64,000 bases of DNA from Candidatus Latescibacterota bacterium (GTDB lineage: Bacteria > Latescibacterota > UBA2968). A program made the translations under genes and the position numbers. The DNA lies in the NCBI GenBank assembly GCA_965204745.1, contig OZ242010.1, positions 4,480,001-4,544,000 of the forward strand. The letters are read 5' to 3'. Below are positions 46,306 to 55,961 of this stretch, piece after piece; within the stretch, counting starts at the first letter, position 1; every line of letters starts with the position of its first letter. The notes beneath the pieces are model-generated. The model saw only the letters and a program-made list of their open reading frames with translations, had not been told where the DNA came from and searched no databases.

Positions 46306-47385
46306 TAGGACTTACGCCAGGGTCATTGGTATCGCCGGTGTTTTGAGTTGTTGTCTCAAATAATCCTCCCATAAGCCATGTTTGACTTGATAGATGGTTT
46401 GTCCAGTCTGATAGGCGACTTGGGTCAGTCGTCCCCAAACGAGAAAGGCACACGCGATGTGGTTTCGCACAATGCGTGCCAATCGGCATTGACACTTTTC
46501 AAGCCCCGTTACCTGTTTTGCTTCCCGGTGAACTTGCTCAATCTTCCAACGCAAGTGGCACACCGCTTGTGCCACTGACGGGTCGGTTTGAGTCAAGTCG
46601 TTGGTTACGATATACGCCGTGCGTCTCGTCGCAGACGCGACCCGGAATACGTTCACCTTGTGGTTTTTAGGGAACCCTCTGAGTTTCATGCGTTTTCCTG
46701 TGGCCTGTTCGCGTTTTGTCCAAGTTAAGGCATCGACCCGTTGATAGGGGTTTTCACCTGACGAATCGTCCACGAGGCGATTCTTTTTGATAGGACAGTA
46801 ATAGGTCTTTTGCAAGTGCTCAATGTGAAGCATGACCGCTTTGGTGGCATACCAAGTATCCATCACCACTCGCTCAAAAGGCAGTTTTTTGTGATAGACC
46901 AAGAGTGACAACATCTCTTTGACGTGGTCTAACTTGGTTTTTCCATCCCCTTGCGGATCGTAAATGCGATAGTCAATCAGCCAAAACCGATCTTGAATCG
47001 GATTGACATACACACACGTCACCACACCGATCCCCGAGATGACCCCCTTCGCATTGCCACTGTATTGCCGACGCACGAGAGCCATCTTTTTGGCATAGCG
47101 CTTATCTAAGACCGTGTCATCAAAGAGAATTACGCCCTTTGCGGTCGACGTGAGGTGGGGTTTGACGTTTTTCCAGATCACACGCGGCGAGACGCGATCC
47201 CCACCCAGATAGCGGTTGAGCATATCATGCGTGAACCGGTCGCTGTGATCTGCGAAATGAGTCAGGGTATAATTGAGCGGACTGCTAAGCAGATACTGGC
47301 AGTAATCCAAGCGCGTTGGTTTCGCCATACAGACCTCCAAAGTGAGGATGGGGGTTCGATCCTGTTCTTTTTTGCGTAAGTCCTA
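46306..47385 (-). mobile_element. IS701-family insertion sequence (1080 bp)
   Basis: TIR TAGGACTTACGC / GCGTAAGTCCTA; 6-bp direct repeat AGGAGA at 46300-46305 and 47386-47391; lower GC. Confidence 0.9.
46312..47328 (-). CDS. IS701-family DDE transposase
   Basis: LFDDTVLDK, RQYSG, MDTWYA, RWKIEQVHREAKQVTGLEKCQCR; stop codon lies in the TIR. Confidence 0.9.
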   Translation of the reverse strand: MAKPTRLDYCQYLLSSPLNYTLTHFADHSDRFTHDMLNRYLGGDRVSPRVIWKNVKPHLTSTAKGVILFDDTVLDKRYAKKMALVRRQYSGNAKGVISGIGVVTCVYVNPIQDRFWLIDYRIYDPQGDGKTKLDHVKEMLSLLVYHKKLPFERVVMDTWYATKAVMLHIEHLQKTYYCPIKKNRLVDDSSGENPYQRVDALTWTKREQATGKRMKLRGFPKNHKVNVFRVASATRRTAYIVTNDLTQTDPSVAQAVCHLRWKIEQVHREAKQVTGLEKCQCRLARIVRNHIACAFLVWGRLTQVAYQTGQTIYQVKHGLWEDYLRQQLKTPAIPMTLA

Positions 47386-47396
47386 AGGAGAGTTCA

Positions 47397-48686
47397 ATGC
47401 GTTATCAAACACCGATTACCGATGCTCAGATCGAAGCCAATTTTCAGCATGCTGTCGAGCAATACGCGACCTTTGGCGTGGATGTTGAACGGGCCGTTGA
47501 CCGCGCGCTCGAAGTGCCGATCTCACTCCATTGTTGGCAGGCCGATGACGTGGCTGGTTTTGAAGTCAAGGATCGACCTGTCGAAGGCGGGGGCATTATG
47601 GCCACGGGCAATTACCTCGGGCGCGCGCGCAATGGCGATGAGTTGCGCCGCGATCTCAAGACCGTGATCGACCTGTTGCCCGGCCCGCACCGCGCAAACA
47701 TCCACGCGTCGTATTGCGAGACCGGAGGCCGAGTCATCGACCGCGATGCCCTTGAACCCGAGCACTTTGCAAGTTGGATCGACTGGGCAAAAACGCACGG
47801 CATTGGCATCGACTTCAACCCCACCTATTTTGCACATCCCAAAGCCAACGACGGCTTCACCTTGAGCCATGCGGACCGGGGCATCCGCGATTTCTGGATC
47901 CAGCACGGCATCGCGAGCCGCCGCATCTCTGAGGCCATTGGCAAGGCGTTGGGCGATGAGGTGGTCAACAACCACTGGATCCCGGATGGCGCGAAGGATC
48001 ACCCCGCGGATCGGTGGACCCCGCGCGAGCGTCTCGTGGAAGCCTTAGACGCGATTTTCGACGCCCGCTTGGGCATTGGCCCGGCGTGCATTGACGCGGT
48101 CGAAGGCAAACTCTTTGGCTTGGGCATGGAAGATTACACTGTGGGATCCAATGATTTTTACGCCAACTACGCCCTTAGCCGGGGCGTGCTCCTCTGCTTG
48201 GACATGGGCCATTTCCACCCCACGGAATCTATCGCTGACAAGCTCTCTGCCCATTTTGCCTTCCACGAAAAATTGCTCATCCACACCAGCCGCCCCATCC
48301 GCTGGGACTCGGATCATGTGGTGCTCTTCAGCGACGACGTCCGCAATGTGTTTCTCGAACTCGCCCGGCACGACGCCATCGACCGCATGTATCTCGCGCT
48401 CGATTTCTTCGACGCCAGCATCAACCGCATCGCCGCGTACGTCATCGGCACACGCGCCACGCGCAAAGCCCTCCTCTACGGGCTTGTCGATCCCACGGCC
48501 CGCCTGCGCCAACTCGAAGCCGAAGGCAAAAACGCGCAAAAACTCGCGCTCATGGAAGCCATGAAAACCATGCCCTTCTCCGCGGTGTGGGACATGTGTT
48601 GCCTCAAAGCCAACGTGCCTATCGGCGCGGCGTGGCTCAACGCTGTGGAAGCCTACGAGCGCGAGGTGTTGGCGCGAAGGGATTGA
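47397..48686 (+). CDS. rhaA: L-rhamnose isomerase
   Basis: ISLHCWQADDVAGFE, ATGNYLGRAR, DFNPTYFAHP, WIPDGAKD, LDMGHFHPTE, RPIRWDSDHVV, LDFFDASINR. Confidence 0.95.
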   Translation: MRYQTPITDAQIEANFQHAVEQYATFGVDVERAVDRALEVPISLHCWQADDVAGFEVKDRPVEGGGIMATGNYLGRARNGDELRRDLKTVIDLLPGPHRANIHASYCETGGRVIDRDALEPEHFASWIDWAKTHGIGIDFNPTYFAHPKANDGFTLSHADRGIRDFWIQHGIASRRISEAIGKALGDEVVNNHWIPDGAKDHPADRWTPRERLVEALDAIFDARLGIGPACIDAVEGKLFGLGMEDYTVGSNDFYANYALSRGVLLCLDMGHFHPTESIADKLSAHFAFHEKLLIHTSRPIRWDSDHVVLFSDDVRNVFLELARHDAIDRMYLALDFFDASINRIAAYVIGTRATRKALLYGLVDPTARLRQLEAEGKNAQKLALMEAMKTMPFSAVWDMCCLKANVPIGAAWLNAVEAYEREVLARRD

Positions 48687-48713
48687 GAGGGAAGGAACGC
48701 AGGGAGAGGCACT

Positions 48714-49445
48714 TCACGACAGCATCAATTTCAGCCCAATGCACAATGCTAAGACCAACACGCTGCGGTTGAACCACAGGGGCGACAAGCGGTGGTTCAA
48801 GAACAAGCCGGCCGCCGCACCCAAGCACAACACCGGCAACATCCACACATCCATCATCAAACTCTGCGGGTTGATCATGCCCAAAAAAACATAAGGTATC
48901 ATTTTTAACACGTTCAACACGATGCCAAAAACCCAAGCCGTGCCCACAAACGTGCGCCCGGTGAGGCCCTGCGGCAACAAGTACAACATCAAAATCACCC
49001 CGCCTGCGGAGAGCAAGGTGGAGACCGCGCCCAACGTAATGCCGACGCCAAACCGCATCCACGGCCCGGTGGGTTTGACATTGCCCAATACGCGATCTCT
49101 GAACGCTTGTAGCATTGCAAAAACACACGCCATCGCGCCCAGAACGCGCCGAAACCAGACCTCGGGCACGAGGTCCAAAATGCCCGCGCCTATCGCAATC
49201 CCAAGCACCATGCCGGGCAGGAGTGCCCTGACGTGCTCGCCGACCCAGTGCCCCCAGTAGTAGCGCGCGCTGATCGCATCTGTCGCCAATGACAAGGGCA
49301 AAATCAGCCCCAATGCGGCCTTCGCCGGAATCGCCAATGCGAGCACGGGCGCGGCCACCACCCCAATGCCCCCGCCAAATCCCGCGCGCATCACGCCGAT
49401 CAAAAACCCACCCGCGCCCAATACGACCAAATCAATTGTTTCCAA
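48714..49445 (-). CDS. TauE/SafE family membrane exporter
   Basis: GFLIGVMRAGFGGGIGVVAAP, second-half repeat, about 8 TM segments. Confidence 0.85.
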   Translation of the reverse strand: METIDLVVLGAGGFLIGVMRAGFGGGIGVVAAPVLALAIPAKAALGLILPLSLATDAISARYYWGHWVGEHVRALLPGMVLGIAIGAGILDLVPEVWFRRVLGAMACVFAMLQAFRDRVLGNVKPTGPWMRFGVGITLGAVSTLLSAGGVILMLYLLPQGLTGRTFVGTAWVFGIVLNVLKMIPYVFLGMINPQSLMMDVWMLPVLCLGAAAGLFLNHRLSPLWFNRSVLVLALCIGLKLMLS

Positions 49446-49526
49446 AAAATCACCTGTGAAAATCAGCGATCAACTTTCCAGCCCGCCGGCCCTCGCGTTA
49501 AGCGCGTTAAGGCGGATGGATTCGCT

Positions 49527-50984
49527 TTACTGAACAAATCCCAACGCGCGGTGGATAAAGCGGGGATCGATCACGACAGCGGGCTTGGTGTTGGACGTTG
49601 GGGCGATTGTTTTTCCAAAAGCAGCGGCGAACGCGAGAAAGTCCGAAAAGCCGACCATCCCATCGGCGTCAAAGTCGAATCGCGGATCAAAATCCGGGTC
49701 GGAACTACTCAGTCCAAAGTGCGCGGCGAACGCGAGAAAGTCGTAGAAATCGATGGTGCGATTGTCATCAAAATCGAAGGCTATGAGGCCGGATCGAACC
49801 TTTTCAACGTAGGCGAATAACCCAGCGAGATCCCGAGGAGATTCCGCGATCAAGACATCGGTGCCGCGCTGGTCAATCTTGAAGTCCTCAGTCCCGCGCC
49901 ATTTGATTGCGAGCACGTCTCGGTACGCGGTCGTGAACTCTGTCGCATCCTGTTCCGTATCCCAAGTCGTGAACAAGACGAGCGCGAAGGTGTTCTGTTG
50001 CCGACGTTTGAAAACCGCATACTGATCGCCATGCCAACCCGCGGCCGCGGCATGCGCTGTTTCGATATCAAAGGCGTTGAAGATGATTCTGAAGCCGAGT
50101 TCGCCCAGCGTATTCCTGTCCAGTTCATCCCAATCGCCTGCAAAAGGCTCACGCGCCAAAGCGGGAAGGGCGATCTCCTCGGGCAATTCCCATGCGATGT
50201 ATTTGTCTGGGTGCAGGATGTGTTCCGATGATGCTGGCAGATTGATATAGGCGCGATTCACCGCGGCCCAGCCTCCGTGTCGCTTCAGGGCAAAGACAAA
50301 AGCCCGGCCGCGCACGTAGGGTGTATGCCACTGCTCAAACAAAAAGCCGGGGCCACCTTCGGACGGCATCACGTTGAGGGCATCGTTTATGACCCGCTGT
50401 AGTATGGAATCTGGCACCACTAGGCCAGCGCGTGCGTTCTCCACGAGGAGTTCGACCAGCGTTGCCCCGCCTTCAACCAGAGCCTGCCGAGCGATCAATT
50501 GATCGGCGTTCTTCGCGCCTGTGAGCAGGCGGTCAAGTCCAAAGTGCATATCCTGGAGCGCGTGTACGAGTTCATGCGCCATGATCGACGCGAGGTCCGC
50601 TTCCTCTGGGGGATATTCCCTCATTGGGATGTTGATAGAGCGGTCTGCTGGCTCGTAATAGGGAGGAAGGGGGCCCTCCGAGGCCCCTGTTATTATCTCA
50701 CTGTTGAGCGGGGTTTCACCGCGATAAAGTCCGATAGTGCGGATGATCTGATCGTAGTTTTCAAGATACGCCTGCGGATAAAACTCAGAGGCGTCGAAGG
50801 TGTCGAGATCCGCGGCTGAATAATAATGCACCGTGAACGGCCGGATAAAGTCGAGTGATCGCACCGCCGAGACCTCTGGTTTAATCTTCGCACTCAGCGA
50901 GTCCAAGTCCGGAAGATTTTGCGACAGCGCGACAGAGGGGATCGCGAGGATCGCCCATGCAATGCAACAACATTTTTTCACCAT
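49527..50984 (-). CDS. Secreted HEXXH protein with C-terminal dockerin-like module (paralog 2)
   Basis: Signal peptide, AHELVHALQDMHF, ALVEGGATLV, PASSEHILHPDKY, AAAGWHGD, paired DFDxDG loops. Confidence 0.85.
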   Translation of the reverse strand: MVKKCCCIAWAILAIPSVALSQNLPDLDSLSAKIKPEVSAVRSLDFIRPFTVHYYSAADLDTFDASEFYPQAYLENYDQIIRTIGLYRGETPLNSEIITGASEGPLPPYYEPADRSINIPMREYPPEEADLASIMAHELVHALQDMHFGLDRLLTGAKNADQLIARQALVEGGATLVELLVENARAGLVVPDSILQRVINDALNVMPSEGGPGFLFEQWHTPYVRGRAFVFALKRHGGWAAVNRAYINLPASSEHILHPDKYIAWELPEEIALPALAREPFAGDWDELDRNTLGELGFRIIFNAFDIETAHAAAAGWHGDQYAVFKRRQQNTFALVLFTTWDTEQDATEFTTAYRDVLAIKWRGTEDFKIDQRGTDVLIAESPRDLAGLFAYVEKVRSGLIAFDFDDNRTIDFYDFLAFAAHFGLSSSDPDFDPRFDFDADGMVGFSDFLAFAAAFGKTIAPTSNTKPAVVIDPRFIHRALGFVQ

Positions 50985-51031
50985 TTTGAACTCCTTTTTG
51001 AAAGTCAGCGGTCAGTCTGCCTGCCCTCGCT

Positions 51032-52564
51032 TTACCGGACAAATCCCAACGCACGGTGGATAAAGCGGGGATCGATCACGACAGCGGGCTTGGTGTTGGG
51101 CGTTGGGGCGATTGTTTTTCCAAAAGCAGCGGCGAACTTGAGAAAGTCCGAAAAGCCGACCATCCCATCGTCGTCAAAGTCGAATCGCGGATCAAAATCC
51201 GGGTCGGAACTACTCAGTCCAAAGTGCGCGGCGAACGCGAGAAAGTCGTAGAAATCGATGGTGCGATCGCCATCAAAATCGAAGTCTGCGAGGGCCAAGG
51301 TGGGCGTGGATCGAACCTTTTTGACGTAGGCGAATAGCCCATCGAGATCCCGAGGCGATTCCGCGATCAAGACATCGGTGCCGCGCTGATCAATTCTGAA
51401 GTCCGTGGTCCCACGCCGTTTGATTGCGAGCACGTCTCGGTACGCGGTCGTGAACTCTGTCGCGTCCTGTTCCGTATCCCAAGTCGTGAACAAGACGAGC
51501 GCGGGGGTGTTCTCCTGCCGATGTTTGAAAACCGCATACTGATCGCCATGCCAACCCGCGGCCGCGGCGTGCGCGGTTTCGACATTCAAATCAAAGGCGT
51601 TGAAGATGATTCTGAAGCCAAGTTCGCCCAGCGTATCCATGTCTAACAATTCCCAATCGCCTGCAAAGTGCTCACGCGCCAAATCGGGAAGGGCGATCTC
51701 CTCGGGCGATTCCCCCGCGATGTATTTGTCTGGGTGCAGGATGTGCTCCGATGACGCTGGCAGACGGGTATAGGCGCGATTCACCGCATTCCAACCGCCA
51801 TATCTCTTCAGGGCAAAGACAAAGGCCAGCCCTCGGTAGTAGGGGGCGAGCAGAGAAAAATAAAAAAAGTCGGGCGTCTCGTCGATCTCTTTGACGATCT
51901 GTGGATCGGACTCTTCGTCCTTGGCTCGTCGCTTAAATTCGTCAACACTGATGTTGGCAACTATGTCTATGGTTTCCTGGAGCTCAGTATCTGGTACTGT
52001 TCGCCCCGTGGCAGCGAACAACCAAAGGGTTTCGACCAGCGTTGCCTCGCCTTCGACCAGAGCCTGCCGAGCGATCAGTTGATCGCTGTGCGTGGCGTCG
52101 CTGAGCAAGCGGCCGAGTCCAAAGTGCATATCCTGGAGCGCGTGTACGAGTTCATGGGCCATGATCAATTCGAGGTCCCCTGGGGGATATGTTCTGATTG
52201 GGATGTTGACAGAGCGGGTTTCGGGATCGTAATAGGCGGCGACCGCGGTCTGAGTGGCCCCTGTGATCGTCTCAATGCTGATCGGCACGCCGCCGTGATG
52301 AAGCCCGATGGCGCGGATGATCAGATCGTAGTTTTGACGATAGTTTTGCGGCAACATATTCGCGCTGGCATCTATGAAGGCACTGATCTCCGCGTTTGTC
52401 TGATAGCGCACTTCGAACGGACGGATAAACCGGAGGGAGCGAATTTGCGCGATCTGCGGCGCGATTCTTTCGCGCAACGCGATCAAATCCGGGCGGTTTT
52501 GCGACCACGCGACCACGGGAATCGCGAGGATCGCCAATGCAATGCAACAACATTTTTTTACCAT
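51032..52564 (-). CDS. Secreted HEXXH protein with C-terminal dockerin-like module (paralog 1)
   Basis: Same architecture and upstream RBS region (AAAAGGAGTTCAAAATG) as 49527-50984. Confidence 0.85.
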   Translation of the reverse strand: MVKKCCCIALAILAIPVVAWSQNRPDLIALRERIAPQIAQIRSLRFIRPFEVRYQTNAEISAFIDASANMLPQNYRQNYDLIIRAIGLHHGGVPISIETITGATQTAVAAYYDPETRSVNIPIRTYPPGDLELIMAHELVHALQDMHFGLGRLLSDATHSDQLIARQALVEGEATLVETLWLFAATGRTVPDTELQETIDIVANISVDEFKRRAKDEESDPQIVKEIDETPDFFYFSLLAPYYRGLAFVFALKRYGGWNAVNRAYTRLPASSEHILHPDKYIAGESPEEIALPDLAREHFAGDWELLDMDTLGELGFRIIFNAFDLNVETAHAAAAGWHGDQYAVFKHRQENTPALVLFTTWDTEQDATEFTTAYRDVLAIKRRGTTDFRIDQRGTDVLIAESPRDLDGLFAYVKKVRSTPTLALADFDFDGDRTIDFYDFLAFAAHFGLSSSDPDFDPRFDFDDDGMVGFSDFLKFAAAFGKTIAPTPNTKPAVVIDPRFIHRALGFVR

Positions 52565-52669
52565 TTTGAACTCCTTTTTGAAAGTAGTCAGTCCCAACCC
52601 CCTACCCCACCCCGCCGCGTGCGTGCCCTTCCTCTCCACCTCTCCACCCGTGCGTCCCCATCCCCGCTC

Positions 52670-52721
52670 GCCTCTCGCCTTTCGCCTCTTGCCTCTCACC
52701 TCTCGCCTCTCACCTCTTACC
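52670..52721. repeat. Degenerate heptamer array of (A/G)CCTCTC units
   Basis: gcctctc gcctttc gcctctt gcctctc acctctc gcctctc acctctt; related units at 22170-22192 and 61368-61490. Confidence 0.75.
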
Positions 52722-53701
52722 TATCGAAGCCATTTGTCCAAATCCGGCGTCAATACCGAGTTGATATCCGGATCGTTCATATTGTCTTTGGTCACGAGGG
52801 CAACGCCGGTGTCAATGCGTTTTTCAACGGGTTGATGCGCGAGATGTGCGGCCAGGGTCTTGACGCCGAGGTAGCCCATTTTGAAGGGGTTTTGCAAGAC
52901 TAGGGCGTGGATCTGGTCGTTTTGCAGGGCTTCCACGAGTTTTTCCGAACTGTCGAACCCAATGAAAATCACGCTACCGGCCAGGCCCGCGTCTTGCAGG
53001 GCGCGCAGCATGCCAAAGGTCGTGGATTCGTTGGGGCAGAAGATGCCTTGCACCGCGAGGTTGCCCGATGCGTCTTTGAAGGGCGCGAGCAGGTTTTCGC
53101 TGGCGCGATACGCGCTTTCTGTGGTGGCGCCGCCGTGCTGATTCGACGAGGCGATTTCAATGCCCGCGCACTCGCCTATCGCGTCCAAAAATCCCCGTTC
53201 GCGTTTTGCAGTGCTGGCCGATCCTTCCTGATAGCGCAGCATGATCACCTTGCCCGATTGGTTCAAGCGTTGGGCCATGTGCGCGCCTGCCATGCGCCCG
53301 CCCCGATAATTGTCCGTGGCGACAAAGGAGACGAAGTCCGCGCTTTGCAGGCCCGAGTCGATGATGACGACGGGGATGCCGTTGCGGACCGCATTGGCAA
53401 CGGGCACGCGGAGGGCCGTATCATCCAAGGGCGCGAGCACAATGCCGGAAACGCCGCGTGCGATGAAGGTCTCGACCAGCGCGATTTGATCTTCGCGGTT
53501 GTCTTCTTTGAGCGGGCCTTTCCAGATGATTTCGAGGTCCAACTCGCGTCGTGCTTTGACCGCGCCCGCGTGGATCGATTTCCAAAACTCGTGGGTCGTG
53601 CCTTTGGGAATCACGGCAATGGTCGTCTTGGACGGCCGCGGCGGTTCGCCTCCACACGCGATCAGCGCGAACGCCATGATCAACAAGTGCAAGCGGTTCA
53701 T
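52721..53701 (-). CDS. Sugar ABC substrate-binding lipoprotein (RbsB-like)
   Basis: LIAC lipobox, IPKGTTHEFWKSIHAGA, VATDNYRGG, GFDSS, QNPFKMGY. Confidence 0.9.
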   Translation of the reverse strand: MNRLHLLIMAFALIACGGEPPRPSKTTIAVIPKGTTHEFWKSIHAGAVKARRELDLEIIWKGPLKEDNREDQIALVETFIARGVSGIVLAPLDDTALRVPVANAVRNGIPVVIIDSGLQSADFVSFVATDNYRGGRMAGAHMAQRLNQSGKVIMLRYQEGSASTAKRERGFLDAIGECAGIEIASSNQHGGATTESAYRASENLLAPFKDASGNLAVQGIFCPNESTTFGMLRALQDAGLAGSVIFIGFDSSEKLVEALQNDQIHALVLQNPFKMGYLGVKTLAAHLAHQPVEKRIDTGVALVTKDNMNDPDINSVLTPDLDKWLR

Positions 53702-54540
53702 GGTTTTCCCCCCTTTCCGATGTCGTTATCGGTCGTCAGTCCCTGCCGGGCAATCCCTGCATCTGCCCACTTTTTGCCGGCGATAAGCCCGCCATCCACC
53801 ACCAAGGCGTGGCCGTTGACAAACGAGGCGTGGTCGCTGGCGAGATACAGAGCCGCCTGTGCCACATCTTCGGGTTGACCCGCGCGCTGAATGGGCTGTT
53901 CGCCGGCGAGTTTTTTGGTCATGGACGCATAAGCGCGGTCCGCGTCTTCGGGTGCGAGGCCCAATGCCGGGGCAAATATCGGGGTGGCAATGCCGCCTGG
54001 GCAGATGCAGTTGACGCGCACATTGTGCGGCCCCAGTTCCACAGCAGTCGTCTTGGTCAGGTGGATGACCGCGGCCTTGCACGCGCTGTACACATGCGGC
54101 CCATAACCCGTGCGAAGGCCCGCGACAGACCCGGTGTTGATGATGCTACCCGATAGCTGCTTTTTCATGATCGGCGCCGCGTGTTTGATGCCCATGAACA
54201 CGCCGCGCAGGAGAACCGCGACAGTGTCGTCAAACCCCTGCATGGATGTTTTTTCAACACCTCCGGCCACGCCGCCGTATCCCGCGTTGTTAAACAGGCA
54301 ATCCAGTCGTCCAAAGTGCGCGATGGCGCGGTCGATCATCGCCTTGATCTCGGGTTCGCGGCTGACGTCGGTGCGCTGAAAAATGGCGGCTGAACCGAGT
54401 TCGCGCACGAGGGCTTGCCCGTCCTGAATATCCGCAATGACCACGCGCGCGCCTTCCCGCACAAAGAGGCGAGCCGTCGCCCGCCCAATCCCACTCGCCC
54501 CACCCGTGATAACCGCAACTTTTTGGTCGAGTAATCCCAT
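53698..54540 (-). CDS. Short-chain dehydrogenase/reductase
   Basis: TGGASGIG, NNAG, YSACK, VNCICPG. Confidence 0.93.
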   Translation of the reverse strand: MGLLDQKVAVITGGASGIGRATARLFVREGARVVIADIQDGQALVRELGSAAIFQRTDVSREPEIKAMIDRAIAHFGRLDCLFNNAGYGGVAGGVEKTSMQGFDDTVAVLLRGVFMGIKHAAPIMKKQLSGSIINTGSVAGLRTGYGPHVYSACKAAVIHLTKTTAVELGPHNVRVNCICPGGIATPIFAPALGLAPEDADRAYASMTKKLAGEQPIQRAGQPEDVAQAALYLASDHASFVNGHALVVDGGLIAGKKWADAGIARQGLTTDNDIGKGGKP

Positions 54541-54578
54541 CGTTCGCTTTCTGGCGTAAGATTTTGGCGTATGTCCTG

Positions 54579-54603
54579 ATACTAATTTTATATATATTAG
54601 TAT
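54579..54603. promoter_or_regulatory. Putative operator palindrome upstream of the Fic gene
   Basis: ATACTAAT-9 nt-ATTAGTAT in an AT-rich divergent intergenic region. Confidence 0.5.
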
Positions 54604-54612
54604 GAAATCAGT

Positions 54613-55947
54613 ATGAACCCATCAATACGGGCGGCGACCATGAAAAAGCCTCAAACACCACCGGCTTTCGATGATCTCATGCGCGAATTGCGAGTTGAAC
54701 GCTTTCCGCATGTGATTTCCAAAGTGAGACCATCCGATTACTTGCATTGGGATCAGTTGCGCCATCGGACGCCGCCCGCGGGGTTGACGCATCGCGAGTG
54801 GTGGTTGGGCATGAAGTTGTGGCGCAGGGGATCGTGGCGCGATATCCCACTGATCGACTGTTCGGGAAAGCCCTTTCGCTTTTTGATTACCGATCCCATG
54901 CTCGCGTCTTTGCATCAAATTGATTTGGGAATGCGCGGTTTTGCCGGTCTGTCCGACCAGCTCGTCGAGAACCGCAATCGCTACGCTGTGGATTTGCGGG
55001 TTGAAGAGGCCATTACGTCTAGCCAACTCGAAGGCGCCGCAACCACGCGGCGGGTCGCTCGAGAAATGCTCCGTGCTGGGCGCGCTCCGCAAAATCGCAG
55101 TGAGCAGATGATTTTGAACAATTATCGCGCGATGCAGGCTATCGCAGAGTTGAAAGATCGCGCCTTAACGCAAAGCCTCATTTTCGACCTGCACCGAATG
55201 GTGATGGAAGATATACTGGACGCCGCTTCGGGGTCGGGGCGTTTTCGGAATGCCGACGAATCGATTTATGTTACCGATCAGACCACGGGCGATGTTTTGC
55301 ACCACCCGCCGCCCGCCGCAGAACTCCCCGAACGCCTGCATGCGATGTGCGATTTTGCCAATGGCAAAACGCCAGATGGGTTTATTCATCCAGTGCTTCG
55401 GGCGATTATGCTGCATTTCTGGTTGGGATACGATCATCCGTTTGTCGATGGCAATGGCCGCACAGCACGCGCACTTTTTTACTGGTCGATGTTGCACAAT
55501 GGGTACTCCCTGTTTGAATTTTTGTCCATTTCCCAAATTCTTCGCAAAGCCCCCGCGAGCTATGGCCGATCCTTTTTGTACACCGAAACCGATGACAATG
55601 ATTTGACCTATTTTATTTTTTTTCAACTGCGCGTTATTGAACGAGCGGTGCAGGCCCTGCGCGAATATATTGAACGCAAAATGCGACAGTTCGACGCCAT
55701 CGATCAGATGCTGAAATTCCCCGCGTTCAATCATCGCCAACGCGCACTTTTAAGCCACGCGCTCCGCCATCCGCGCCATCGCTATACGATCCAGGGTCAT
55801 CGGAACAGCCACGATGTGGTGTACCAAACCGCACGCACGGATTTGCTAGCCCTTCAAAGGTGGGGGTTGCTCGATGCCGCGAAAGTGGGCAAGCGATGGA
55901 TCTTTACGCCAGTTGAAAATTTGTCGCAAAAATTGCGCGGCTTGTGA
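54613..55947 (+). CDS. Fic family protein
   Basis: HPFVDGNGRTAR catalytic motif, SSQLEG helix, C-terminal wHTH (YQTARTDL); alternative start 54640. Confidence 0.93.
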   Translation: MNPSIRAATMKKPQTPPAFDDLMRELRVERFPHVISKVRPSDYLHWDQLRHRTPPAGLTHREWWLGMKLWRRGSWRDIPLIDCSGKPFRFLITDPMLASLHQIDLGMRGFAGLSDQLVENRNRYAVDLRVEEAITSSQLEGAATTRRVAREMLRAGRAPQNRSEQMILNNYRAMQAIAELKDRALTQSLIFDLHRMVMEDILDAASGSGRFRNADESIYVTDQTTGDVLHHPPPAAELPERLHAMCDFANGKTPDGFIHPVLRAIMLHFWLGYDHPFVDGNGRTARALFYWSMLHNGYSLFEFLSISQILRKAPASYGRSFLYTETDDNDLTYFIFFQLRVIERAVQALREYIERKMRQFDAIDQMLKFPAFNHRQRALLSHALRHPRHRYTIQGHRNSHDVVYQTARTDLLALQRWGLLDAAKVGKRWIFTPVENLSQKLRGL

Positions 55948-55961
55948 TGGGCCTGAACGCC

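Noticed and set aside
49527-52564. Diversity-generating retroelement behind the paralog variation
   Set aside because: No reverse transcriptase or template repeat in the window, and differences are not adenine-restricted
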